Positions 39,763 through 49,858 of a DNA stretch of 64,000 nt are shown here, piece after piece. The stretch is from IMG/VR virus record IMGVR_UViG_3300028840_002691, positions 41,095 to 105,094 of that record; one strand, written 5' to 3'. Within the stretch, counting starts at the first letter, position 1; every line of letters begins with the position of its first letter. The position numbers and the translations under genes were made by a program. The DNA comes from a virus. The notes beneath the pieces are model-generated. The model was not told where the DNA came from, searched no databases, and saw nothing but the letters and a program-made list of their open reading frames with translations.

Positions 39763-40254
39763 GGTATTGAAAGGAAAAAATAAATTGAAAGCCACAGTGA
39801 AAGGCATCGCTGGGCGCTACAGATGGATCGACGACACACGGCTGTCCACTCCGCTGAAGCAGCTCAAGGCGCAAATACTAAAAGAACAGAAGAAAGACAA
39901 GTCGAATGGCTAACACAAGGGTCATGAAGATCGCAGTTTCAGCTTAGGCAGTCGCTGCCGTGGGAGTTGGGCATCCTGTCCTTCTCACTTGTGTCCACGG
40001 CACGCTGCCTATTACATTTCTCATTCTACCGATGGCAAAACAGTTTCCGCTATGGCGCGTTGATATTTCTTGGTACGGGGAGTGGCATCGTTTCTGGACC
40101 CATGCCAAGACCGACACCAGCGCCACCTGGCACGCCGCCGCAAAGCTGGCCAGGATGCTGGGCTGGAACGTGGGCGCTGTGTTCGTGCGGCTGGAAGCCG
40201 ACCGTGGACCTGTGCGCTGTGAGTGCCGTCTGTGGGCTGAGAGGAGGGAGAAAG

Positions 40255-41184
40255 ATGGGCAATCTGTTGCAGTTCAGAGTGAAAAGGAACAAGAAATACT
40301 CGACAGTGAACCTCTCATGCGTAGAGGACAAGACGCTAAGTTGGAAGGCCAAGGGGCTGCACCTGTATCTGATGTCCAGACCACCGAACTGGCAGGTGCA
40401 CACGTCGGAGCTGCAGAGCCGGTCCACAGACGGCCTAGGCAGCTTGCGTTCTGGTCTGAAGGAACTGCTGGAGAAACGGTACATATACCGCGCAGTGGAA
40501 AGAAACACTGAAGGCCGCACCTCCATAAAGCGGTGGATGTACCTGGTGTTCGAGAAACCGACGCAGAAAGCCGAGGCCGAAGAAAACCTTCCAGAAGGCT
40601 ATTTCTTATTTATCAAAAACTTAAAAGTTAAAAACGAAACCCATACTAATAATCAGAGTACTAAGGATAAACAGGATACTAAGGATAATGGTTCATTTTC
40701 TAACGAAAATGAAGCACTCCGTGCAAAACCGAGAAAACCTTCTTCTTCTGTAAAGCCGAGGAAGGTACCACGACCTGCCCAGAGTGTAGACCCACCTGCA
40801 AAAAAGAACAACAAACCCACTCCTGAAAACGTACGCCGCTGGAACAATGAGAAGGAGCTGACCACGACCCTGGCCAACGCCTATGCCAGCATCGTGCTCG
40901 GCAAGAAGCGGTATAGGTTCAACCACAACGGAAAGGAGAAGGCGAAGTGTCGTGCTGCGGCGTTGAAGCTCAAGACCTGCCTGGACATAAATGACAACCA
41001 GTTCTACGGATTCGACTTCAAGAGCCTGGCCAAGGTCTTCGTCCGAGGCATGAAGCACTTCTCCGAGAAGAGCGGCATGGAGCTGACCCTGGGCACACTG
41101 AACAGCAACTGGTGGCAGCAGGAGGCTTTCTGCAAGTACATGCGCAGACAGTTCGGTGACTTCAAGATACCAGAGGATTTCTGA
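40255..41184 (+). CDS. Replication initiator-like protein (N-terminal wHTH)
   Basis: N....D..LSWKAKGL..YL.S.P..W...L.EL....YI.R; upstream of DnaB-like helicase. Confidence 0.75.
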   Translation: MGNLLQFRVKRNKKYSTVNLSCVEDKTLSWKAKGLHLYLMSRPPNWQVHTSELQSRSTDGLGSLRSGLKELLEKRYIYRAVERNTEGRTSIKRWMYLVFEKPTQKAEAEENLPEGYFLFIKNLKVKNETHTNNQSTKDKQDTKDNGSFSNENEALRAKPRKPSSSVKPRKVPRPAQSVDPPAKKNNKPTPENVRRWNNEKELTTTLANAYASIVLGKKRYRFNHNGKEKAKCRAAALKLKTCLDINDNQFYGFDFKSLAKVFVRGMKHFSEKSGMELTLGTLNSNWWQQEAFCKYMRRQFGDFKIPEDF

Positions 41185-42653
41185 TGCCGGAACGGAAGAA
41201 GATAGACTATTCCATGGCGCTGAGCTCGCTGCCCAGCCTGGACGAGGCCTACGGGCAGTACTTTACGGATGCGCTGATGCTGCTGTGTATAACGGACACA
41301 CGGTTCCTGAAGATGGCCCGAAACGTGTTCCCTGCCGAGTTCGCCACTGGCCGCACCCAGCAGGCCATGCTCCGAGTCTGGTATGACTACTGGGACAAGT
41401 TCTCTACGGCTCCAGGCGACGACTACGAGATGGAGCTGAACTCAGCCCTGAACAGCAGGAAACTCACGGAGCAGGAGTACGCCCAGGCCATCGAGTACTG
41501 TACGCGGTTGGCGGAGACCGTGGACGTGAGCAACCCCGAGGCCATACTGGACAAGCTCGGGGAGTTCGCCTTGCAGCGTAGGTGGCTGGCCGCTGGGATC
41601 GCGTTCGTGCACAAGGTGCGGAGCGCAGACCTTGAGGGCGGAAGGAGCCTGATATACGAGTATCTGCGGGAGGGCACTAGCACTGTGCTGGACAGCGGGG
41701 TGGACATCTTCAGCGAGGAGAGCATCTCCAATAGGGCTATGAGGAGGGCTTTCAGCAAGCCGAATCTGATGCGCCTGATGATCGGTCCATTCGACAAGGC
41801 TGGCATAGGGCTCAACCGTGGGTGGTTGGTGCTGGGGGCCGCGCCCGAGAAATACGGCAAGACCTGGATGGGCATCCACGTGGCCAAGGTGGCACTGCTG
41901 CAGGGGCTGCGGGTGCTGTTCTGCTCCCATGGTGACTTGAGCACCGATGAGATGGAGGACCGTTTTGACCAGTGCTTTAGTGGGAGCTTCCACTGGCGCA
42001 AGAAACCCCAGCGCAGGTACGAGACGAAGTGGTTCGACAGTGACGGGGAGCTGCGGATCTCGACGGTAAAGGTCAACTCCATAGAGGACATAAAGGTCAT
42101 AAAGCACGGAGTCAGCGTGATGAGTGGCTTCGGGGGCAAGTTGCGGGTTAAGTGGTGGCCGATGAACGCTTGCACCATTGGGATGATGGACGCCTACCTG
42201 GACCACCTCGCCGTGAACGAGGGCTTCTACCCGGACGTGATCATAAACGACTACGCTGAGATCATGAAGCTCAGCTCCCAGGAGCGCTCAGGCGTGAACC
42301 TGATCTACGAGGACCACAAGAGGATGGCTGGAGAACGGAAAGCTGTGGTGATGACATTTTCTCAAGTGAACAAGAAGGCCTACACGAAGAAGTGGATCAC
42401 GATGGGTGATTTTGCCGAGGACAAGCGCAAGGCAGCGCACTGCGACCTGGCCTTCGCGCTGTGCATCACGCCGGAGGAGGAGAGGCAGAAGCTGGCGCGG
42501 ATGGTGATGTTCGTGGACAGGCATTTCGGCTTGAGGGGCTACTGCGCCGAGATGATACAGGACTACGCGATAGGGCAGTTCTGTAAATCAGCTCGCAAGG
42601 TGAAAAGGATAGAGGAAGAGAAGAAGGATGATAGTGAAGCCACTGAGTCCTAG
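41184..42653 (+). CDS. DnaB-like replicative helicase
   Basis: APEKYGKT, PDVIINDY, TFSQ, AED..K....D. Confidence 0.85.
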   Translation: MPERKKIDYSMALSSLPSLDEAYGQYFTDALMLLCITDTRFLKMARNVFPAEFATGRTQQAMLRVWYDYWDKFSTAPGDDYEMELNSALNSRKLTEQEYAQAIEYCTRLAETVDVSNPEAILDKLGEFALQRRWLAAGIAFVHKVRSADLEGGRSLIYEYLREGTSTVLDSGVDIFSEESISNRAMRRAFSKPNLMRLMIGPFDKAGIGLNRGWLVLGAAPEKYGKTWMGIHVAKVALLQGLRVLFCSHGDLSTDEMEDRFDQCFSGSFHWRKKPQRRYETKWFDSDGELRISTVKVNSIEDIKVIKHGVSVMSGFGGKLRVKWWPMNACTIGMMDAYLDHLAVNEGFYPDVIINDYAEIMKLSSQERSGVNLIYEDHKRMAGERKAVVMTFSQVNKKAYTKKWITMGDFAEDKRKAAHCDLAFALCITPEEERQKLARMVMFVDRHFGLRGYCAEMIQDYAIGQFCKSARKVKRIEEEKKDDSEATES

Positions 42654-44019
42654 AGCCAGAAGGCATCCGTTGAAGGTGAAGCAGCTGAACCACAGCTACA
42701 GCAGGCTGTTCAGCTACGAGGACTATGAGCGCGTAAAGGACCACCTGAGCTACTGGAAGGTATTCTGGAGGAATGGGAAGAGGGAGTACAGGCAGTGGAG
42801 GATGGTGTACAAGAACTCGCTAAAGTTCGCTACTGGACTGATTCCGTACCTGGAGGAAGTATTCAAGGTGGACGTGGTGAACGGGCTGAATGGATTGGGA
42901 GTGAAGAAGCAGATGCCGGAGCTTGAGGGCATCACCTTTTTCAGGGACCAGGTGCAGGTGTTCGAGAGGGCAAGGGAACAGAAGAGGGGAGTGATAAAGG
43001 CTCCGACAGGGAGCGGCAAGACGGTGGTGGGCGCAGGGCTCATAGACATGTACCAGCCAGCGAAGTGTTTGTTTCTAGTGCATACGCTGGACCTGCTGCA
43101 CCAAACGAGGCAGGAGTTTGAGAGACTGTTACAAGAGGACATCGGGCTCATTGGTGATGGCAACTTCGGCTGGCAGCGGGTGACTGTGGCCACCATGCAG
43201 ACTCTGAAGGACGTGCTGCTGCAGAAGGAGGGCGTGGACATGGTGATCTGCGACGAGTGCCACCACTGTCCAAGTCCTACCTATAGAAAGATACTCAATA
43301 GGCTCACGGGATGCAGCGTTCGGTATGGGCTGAGTGCCACACCTAGAAAGGACACCGAGGGCAAGCTCTGGACCCACGCTCTGCTGGGAGGGCGGATAGC
43401 CGATATCAGTACGGAGGAGCTGATAAGACGGGGTCGGCTGTCCACTCCTACTGTGGAGTTTAGGAAGGTGCCGTTCAACTTCGACATCGCACAGCTAAAT
43501 GAATACCGTGACGCTTACAACCAGGGCATAGTTTACTACGATGTGAGGAACCGGATGATATGGGAGGCGGCGAAGGAGCTGGAACGGAAGGGCACGGTGC
43601 TGGTCACGGTGAAGGAGGTGCGGCAGGGCGAGGAGCTGCAGAAGCTGGGTGTGGGTGTGTTTGTGCAGGGCAGCACAAAGACAGAAACTAGGGAAAGAAT
43701 AAAGACAGCGCTGAAGAACAAAAAGGTTAAGACGGTGATTTGCTCTCCGGTGTGGGATGAGGGCGTTGACGTGCCCAGCCTTGATGCCGTGATTGTGGCC
43801 GGAGGTGGGCTTTCGGAGATAAAGGCTCTGCAGAAGGTTGGCAGGGCGTTGAGGAGAACCAAGGACAAGAGCACGGTGAAGGTTGTGGACTTCCTAGACC
43901 TGCAGCACGGGTGGTTAAGGAAGCATTCTAGGGAAAGACGAAAGGTCTACGCGGCCGAGGGCTGGGAGGTCGGAGGTGTGCCCGTGGAGCAGTTTGATGG
44001 AAGGAGGATGAGGAGATAA
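42628..44019 (+). CDS. SF2 DExH helicase (UvsW-like)
   Basis: APTGSGKT, DECHH, LSATP, EGVDVP, QKVGRALR. Confidence 0.92.
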   Translation: MIVKPLSPRARRHPLKVKQLNHSYSRLFSYEDYERVKDHLSYWKVFWRNGKREYRQWRMVYKNSLKFATGLIPYLEEVFKVDVVNGLNGLGVKKQMPELEGITFFRDQVQVFERAREQKRGVIKAPTGSGKTVVGAGLIDMYQPAKCLFLVHTLDLLHQTRQEFERLLQEDIGLIGDGNFGWQRVTVATMQTLKDVLLQKEGVDMVICDECHHCPSPTYRKILNRLTGCSVRYGLSATPRKDTEGKLWTHALLGGRIADISTEELIRRGRLSTPTVEFRKVPFNFDIAQLNEYRDAYNQGIVYYDVRNRMIWEAAKELERKGTVLVTVKEVRQGEELQKLGVGVFVQGSTKTETRERIKTALKNKKVKTVICSPVWDEGVDVPSLDAVIVAGGGLSEIKALQKVGRALRRTKDKSTVKVVDFLDLQHGWLRKHSRERRKVYAAEGWEVGGVPVEQFDGRRMRR

Positions 44020-44045
44020 AAACTGAAGGAGGAGGTATTTGCATT

Positions 44046-44270
44046 ATGGCAGTAGCGGTAAAGAGTCTGTACAGCGCCATGCCGGAGGAGGACCGTGCGG
44101 AGTGGGGAGTGCTGCAAGGGCAGCTGTTTAAGAGTCCTCCGGTGTGCGCCGAGGGCTGGGGCGCTGAGGACTGGAACGCCTGGTACGCCCAGCAGTCGAG
44201 GATCAGAGGGATGACCGATGACATTGAGTATAGGTACGGGGTGGTTGCAATAAAAAATGAGGGATTTTGA
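44046..44270 (+). CDS. Hypothetical protein
   Basis: GGAGGAGG RBS. Confidence 0.55.
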   Translation: MAVAVKSLYSAMPEEDRAEWGVLQGQLFKSPPVCAEGWGAEDWNAWYAQQSRIRGMTDDIEYRYGVVAIKNEGF

Positions 44271-44278
44271 AAAAAAAT

Positions 44279-44307
44279 TTGTGAAATCAGAAAAAGTATG
44301 GTATACT
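44279..44307 (+). promoter_or_regulatory. Putative promoter (TTGTGA-17-TATACT, extended -10)
   Basis: A-tract upstream; TATGGTATACT. Confidence 0.65.
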
Positions 44308-44465
44308 GAAATAAAGGAGGTTAAGAAAACCGGACACAATGAAGGCTAACACCACGGCATACAGACAAAATCTTAAGAGAGCTCCAGAGTGGTTAATGTT
44401 TCTTGTCCGGTTTCATTGGCTGCCTGGGGCTTTCTTATTTTCTGAGAATGAAAGGAGAGTGGGCT

Positions 44466-45683
44466 ATGGAAAGAAGATTGGCAGTTGTTAGAAAAGGTGA
44501 AGAGGCTGTGATCCCTGTAATTGAGATTCCTAAGAAGCAAGAGTTATGGGCTGTTTCTGATCTTAGGCCAGATGAAAACCAAGCGCCAAGGAAAATGCCC
44601 CCAGAGAAGTTGAAGAGTCTTGGTGAGAGTTTGTTACAGAGACAAAAACACCCACTACAGGTTCTTCCAGATGGGATGATAGTAACAGGTGAGCGTCGTT
44701 GGAGAGCTGCCAAACTGGTCGGGATCAAAAGTTTGTGGTGTGTTGTTCTGGATGACTTACTTCAGTATGAAGGAGAGAAGCTCAAATCTGAGATTCGTTC
44801 TGAACAGGCTAGTGAGAACTGGCATCGTGGTGAAGAAGCTGGCGTTAAGTTGTCTGTTTATTTTGCTGAGATGTTCAAAGCCCAACAGCTTTACTACCGT
44901 ACCCGCACAAACGAAGAGCTGCTGGAGGAGGCTAGAGGTGCTGGTGTCGTACTTTTTTCAAAAAAAGTACGAAGGGGACAAGATGAAACTCGTTGGCTCA
45001 CCAGAATGCGGAAGGAAAATAGCTATTATAGCCTCATAGCCCACAAGTTCAGCATAATGGACAAGAGCGGGAAGCCGATGGCAACTGCTGTGAGGAAGAA
45101 CATTTTGTTCAAGGATAGAACATCTGAGAAGGTGTATTCTAAGGCTGAAGACACATCTGTATCGCAGATTGAGGGAACATTAGGAAGTGAGGATTATTCT
45201 GATTGTCAGCTGAAGCAAATTGCAAAGGTGCAGGATGAGATTTGTTCTGACAGCAAGTTTTATGGTTCTGGTATTATGGTCAGGACTGTCATGCGGGCTA
45301 TAAAGAATGATGAATCTGATGAGGTAATTGAAAAAGTAAAGAAGGAGGTACGGAAGGGCAAGTACAAGAGTTCTGATCTTAACAAGGTTGAAGATCAGGA
45401 TGCTTTGATTGCTGCTGTCAAAGAAGAGGTTGAGGGAAAGAAGAAAGAAGAAACTTTTGATGAGTATTTGAAAAAGGTTTCTAATGCTGCTGATGGGCTT
45501 ATTAACAAGTTGGGCATGCTTCTGGAACAGGTGAAGGAGAGTCCAGAGAGTGCCCAAATTATACTTGAAAACTGGGAGGTGATGGAGTCTCTGCTTTTAT
45601 TGATCTCTACGATGCGTGAGGTGTTTGCGATTTCTGCTGTCAGTCAGAGGATGAAGAAGAACAATGTGAAACTCATGACCTAA
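44466..45683 (+). CDS. ParB N-terminal domain protein
   Basis: P..NQ.PRK, L..S, P..V, GERRWRAA, ENWHR; AGGAG RBS. Confidence 0.8.
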   Translation: MERRLAVVRKGEEAVIPVIEIPKKQELWAVSDLRPDENQAPRKMPPEKLKSLGESLLQRQKHPLQVLPDGMIVTGERRWRAAKLVGIKSLWCVVLDDLLQYEGEKLKSEIRSEQASENWHRGEEAGVKLSVYFAEMFKAQQLYYRTRTNEELLEEARGAGVVLFSKKVRRGQDETRWLTRMRKENSYYSLIAHKFSIMDKSGKPMATAVRKNILFKDRTSEKVYSKAEDTSVSQIEGTLGSEDYSDCQLKQIAKVQDEICSDSKFYGSGIMVRTVMRAIKNDESDEVIEKVKKEVRKGKYKSSDLNKVEDQDALIAAVKEEVEGKKKEETFDEYLKKVSNAADGLINKLGMLLEQVKESPESAQIILENWEVMESLLLLISTMREVFAISAVSQRMKKNNVKLMT

Positions 45684-45698
45684 AGAAAGGAGGTTACT

Positions 45699-46277
45699 AT
45701 GGGAGGTATTTATAGACTGAGAGAAAAGAGGTTGTGTGAGTATTGGAAGAGTAGCTTTATGAATGGGAACCATCGTATTAACAAAAAGAAAACTGCCCAA
45801 ATTGTTTTTGCTACTGATGCTCCTACAAGAAAAGAGGTAGATTATGCTAATGGCATTATTAAGTGTGCTGCTAAGACTAGGTTTGAGGTCGAGTACGGTC
45901 TTACTTTGACTAGGTCTAGTAAGAGAAAGGGTGGATATAGAGTCTGCCAAAGTAATGGGGAGGTTGCAGTAGAGAGGCGTAGCCGCAAGCGCCGTGTTCT
46001 TACTTCTCTTGCAGCCTTAAAAAGGATTCATCCGTGTATAGATGAGAAGGTACTTCTTCCAGAAGAGAAGATAGTACATAATGAATACAGTAATGTTATC
46101 GACGGTGTGCGGCTTTCTATAGCACATGGTTTTGGAAGAATAGAAGATCAACTGTATGAGCTTGAGGATAAGAAAGAAAGAATTGATTACGATAATGAGG
46201 AAGATACTTATGTGTACAAAGGAAGACGTTTTCCTTACAATAAGGATTTTCTTGCTAAGAAGTATGCTAGCAAGTAA
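45699..46277 (+). CDS. Basic hypothetical protein
   Basis: AGGAGG RBS. Confidence 0.65.
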   Translation: MGGIYRLREKRLCEYWKSSFMNGNHRINKKKTAQIVFATDAPTRKEVDYANGIIKCAAKTRFEVEYGLTLTRSSKRKGGYRVCQSNGEVAVERRSRKRRVLTSLAALKRIHPCIDEKVLLPEEKIVHNEYSNVIDGVRLSIAHGFGRIEDQLYELEDKKERIDYDNEEDTYVYKGRRFPYNKDFLAKKYASK

Positions 46278-46410
46278 TTGATTTTTAGTTGGACTAAATA
46301 GAGGAGTAGGGTGGCGACTGGCTGCTCCTGTCCAACTAGATTCTCCTAAGAGGGCTGTGGAGGTTACTAAGGGCATCTGGCGCAGTTCTCTTAGGGGAGA
46401 ATTACATTTT

Positions 46411-47346
46411 ATGAACCTAGAAGCCTACCTACAAGAACAGCTCGGATACCTACCAAAGCCGTCAGGCAGAGAGGGCAATCGTTTTTACAGATGCGAGTGC
46501 GTTGACTGCAACTACGACGGCGACATAAGCCGTCAGCTCTGGATTAGGGCAGACGGACCAAGGCGGGGAAATTTTGGTTGCTGGCGTTGTGAGTCCCACG
46601 GGAATTTTGTGGGTTTGATCGCCCACCTGGAGCAGATCCCATACGGCAGGGCAAGGAAGAAGGCAGAACTCTACGAGAGCATCTACGGCGACGACATAGA
46701 CGAGGAATGCAGAAAGCTACTTGACAACCAGCCCAAACATGCCCACCAGGAGCCCTCAGACGCTGCTGAGAGGGACTTCATTCTAAGCTCGGTTGAATAC
46801 CTTAGACCAAAGACAAAAGCCTTCAGATATCTTCTGAGCAGGGGATTCACTGAAAAAGACATAGAGGACTGGGATCTCAAGTGGTGTACGGCGGGGAGAC
46901 TAAAGGACAGGATAGTGGTGCCGGTGAGAGATCCGAGTGGAAGATACATAAGGGCATGGCAGGGCAGGACCATTAGCAAGTACGGCAAGCCTCCGTACCT
47001 GGCAACCTCAGAGCAGGAGGGCACGAACATAAAGCACCTGGTGCTGAACGTACACAGGGCGCAGGAGCCGTTGGTGCTGGTGGAGGGGCTGATGGACGCC
47101 ATGGCCGTAGGAGCCCGAAATTCGCTTTGTTTTCTGGGCAAGGGTATTTCCCCGCAGCAGCTTGAGATCGTCCGTTCTCTGGGCGCTAAGGAGGTTCTAG
47201 TGGTATTAGACGGTGATGTCCTTGATGACGACGTGCTGGGTGAGCTGCGGTGCTTCTGCGACGCCAGGGCCGTGAGGCTGCCGTATGGGGAAGATCCAGC
47301 CAGTCTTGGTAGAAAAAAGTTTTGGGAAATAGTGAAAAAACATTAA
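46411..47346 (+). CDS. DNA primase (zinc finger plus TOPRIM)
   Basis: C..C / CWRC, YL.SRG, RIVVP, GR, LVEGLMDA, LDGD, DP. Confidence 0.9.
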   Translation: MNLEAYLQEQLGYLPKPSGREGNRFYRCECVDCNYDGDISRQLWIRADGPRRGNFGCWRCESHGNFVGLIAHLEQIPYGRARKKAELYESIYGDDIDEECRKLLDNQPKHAHQEPSDAAERDFILSSVEYLRPKTKAFRYLLSRGFTEKDIEDWDLKWCTAGRLKDRIVVPVRDPSGRYIRAWQGRTISKYGKPPYLATSEQEGTNIKHLVLNVHRAQEPLVLVEGLMDAMAVGARNSLCFLGKGISPQQLEIVRSLGAKEVLVVLDGDVLDDDVLGELRCFCDARAVRLPYGEDPASLGRKKFWEIVKKH

Positions 47347-47563
47347 AGGTTTCCACAAAAAATGCCGATAATATAAATAAGGGATGAGAAAGAAAACCAA
47401 CACAAGAAAGGAGATCGAGAAAATGAGAGAACTGACGGGGGGCGTAACGGCAGAGGAAAAGCGGGCACTGTGGAGCCTTTTGGATGAGGAGCCTGAAGAC
47501 GAGCCGGAACTGATGGACGTTTATACTGATATTTGGTATGAGGTCTAGTGGGGGCCGCTTGTA

Positions 47564-48721
47564 ATGGATTGTGTTGATACTGATTTGACTTATTCTATTC
47601 GTGGAAAGCGTTATTATTATAGTGATGCTTATCTTAAGAGAAAGGGTTTGCTTGAGCGAAAGGCAGAGGTTGAAAAGCAAGAGTTACTTATAAGGAATAG
47701 GAGGTTAGCTGGAAGAGAAGAGAAAAAAAGGAAGAAAAGAGAGCAGTCTGAAGTAAAGGAAAGACTGAAATTGATCAAAGAAGAAGAGAGGCAGGAAAAG
47801 AAACAGAAACAAGTTGAATTGAGAAAAAGACGGAAGTTACTAAAATGGGAAGAAAGGCGTAGTAAAAAGAAGGAAAGAAGAGTACCTGAGAAGTTAGGTA
47901 GGGATGATCTCTTTTGTTTTTTTGGTTGTGGTAGAAAGGCTAAGTATTTATTTGGTTCTGGAAATGTTTGCTGTGAGGTTCATCATAAAAAATGTCCAGC
48001 CGTTAATGATCTGATGAAGGAGGTGGTTAGAAAGAAAAAGCGGTATTTGAAGTTGAAATGGGGAGATGATTTTAACAAGATATATCATAACTATTTGTGG
48101 TGGCAAAGATATCCGGATAATTACAACCCGAAATTTGAGCTTAATGAAAAGCAGGACTGGTGGAAGTTAGAGGAATCTTTAAGAGAAGATGATGTTGTTT
48201 GTTGTGAGGAATGTGGTACTTATTATAGTTCTACTTATGATCAATGTCCTTTTTGTGGTGATGGTATAGGAAATAGGATGTTTTTTCGTAGTAATGGTGA
48301 TCCTAGAATACATTGGAATACATTATGTGGAACGTTATTTTCTGGGTACTCAGAAAGTTTCTTTTTATCGTTAGTTGCGTTTGTGTCTCCTTCTTCTGGC
48401 GATAGTTATTGTCATGTTTGGGAAGACGATGGGTATAAACAGTATATTTTTGAACGCGATGGGTACGAGTGTATAAACCCTCTTTGTAGAAAGAATGATG
48501 GAAGTAGAAAGCTTGTTAGGCATCATATAAACTATGATAAGTTTGATTGTTCTTATAAGAATATAGCTACGGTCTGTTTGAGTTGTAATTCTAGGGCAAA
48601 TGGGAATCGTGATCTTTGGCAGGCGTACTATCAAATGGTGATGAGAAGGCTTTACGGTTATAGTTATGATAGCCCTTTGAAACTTGATTATGATGGTTTT
48701 ATGACTTTGTTGGAAAGTTGA
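47564..48721 (+). mobile_element. HNH homing endonuclease-like protein
   Basis: ERDGYEC...C, HHINYDK, N....C..CN..AN; C.FGCG...CC...CP module; AT-rich. Confidence 0.8.
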
Positions 48722-48950
48722 AAGTGACAAAAAATGTCAACATTTTGACAAAAATTTACCTATATATTTTAACGTGTTAAGGTGCCTTTTTTGCAAAGTC
48801 TTTAGCCTGTAAGGTTTTTCCAATGCCAAAAAATGTCAATGAAAAGCATCTTTTTGACACAAGGTAGACTGATTTTCATAGGTTTGGTTGTTTTAAAAAC
48901 GTAATAAAACTGACTGTTTAAAATTTTTTTAAGTTTTTTGACTTTTTAGC

Positions 48951-48979
48951 TTGACATTGGTACGGTTTTTTCATATGAT
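48951..48979 (+). promoter_or_regulatory. Sigma70-type promoter TTGACA-17-TATGAT
   Basis: Perfect -35, 17-nt spacer, near-consensus -10. Confidence 0.75.
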
Positions 48980-49046
48980 ATGGGTAACAGGATCAAGAAA
49001 GGCCAGGTGGAAGATGGCTGAAATCCTAAAAACAAACAGAATGCTT

Positions 49047-49118
49047 AGAGCCCAGTTGCCACCCAGAGACTGCCTCAGTCTCTGTCTTCCAAGAATGGCG
49101 GCTGGGCTCTTTTTCTTT
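49047..49118 (+). terminator. Large branched hairpin with U tract in a leader (attenuator-like)
   Basis: AGAGCCCAGTTGCCA/TGGCGGCTGGGCTCT stem, inner AGAGACTG/CAGTCTCT stem, TTTTCTTT tail. Confidence 0.7.
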
Positions 49119-49287
49119 GAAAGGGGTGATCTTGCAATGAAGTCGTGGTTTGAGCACCGCTTCAACCCGCTGCACATCATGTGTCGGCTGGTGGAGTTGG
49201 GAATGGACAGGGCAAGGGCACGTTGGCTTTCAATGCGTTACGAGAAATGGTACGATAAAGTCTGCTACTGGGAGGTGAGCTAAAGAG

Positions 49288-49524
49288 ATGAGATTCGCAG
49301 AGATACCAGAACGCATTGAGTTTGAGTGCATAGACAACACGCTCATGTGCTACTCCTGCGACCACCGACTGGCCACCCATTTTTGCAAGGTGGACAGCAC
49401 GCTGAAGGTGCCGCTATGCGCAGAGTGCATGAACCTGGACGAGGTGGAGCTGAGGTTTCGGCTGGGCGTTATGAAGAAGCCCAATCTATTGATGATGGAC
49501 TGTAGCGAGCTGCTTGTGGTTTAG
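49288..49524 (+). CDS. Small zinc-finger-like protein
   Basis: CYSC....ATHFC.......LCAEC; GAGGTG RBS. Confidence 0.6.
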   Translation: MRFAEIPERIEFECIDNTLMCYSCDHRLATHFCKVDSTLKVPLCAECMNLDEVELRFRLGVMKKPNLLMMDCSELLVV

Positions 49525-49609
49525 CTTTTGACTCTGCCCATCTGTTCTGGGGGCAGGTGGGTGGACTTGAGAGGCTAAATCCAAAAGAGAAAGAGAGGTG
49601 AACTAAGAG

Positions 49610-49852
49610 ATGAAAACCATTTTATCAATCTTCCTCATCTGTGGCTTTTTCTTGGCTGGGGGCTTCGCCAAGTACGACGGCCACGGCAAGGACAACTACA
49701 CAGTCTACGACGACAAGGGCAACCAGACGGGGAGGATCAGAAAGAACCACATCAATGGGGACTTTTACCTGTACGACAACAAGGGCAAGGTCAAGGGACG
49801 TATTCACTGGAACCCAGTCGTGAACAGGTATGAAATTGAGAAAGGAGAGTGA
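49610..49852 (+). CDS. Small secreted-type beta protein
   Basis: Signal-like N-terminus; two YD..G...GRI repeats. Confidence 0.65.
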   Translation: MKTILSIFLICGFFLAGGFAKYDGHGKDNYTVYDDKGNQTGRIRKNHINGDFYLYDNKGKVKGRIHWNPVVNRYEIEKGE

Positions 49853-49858
49853 TCTTAA

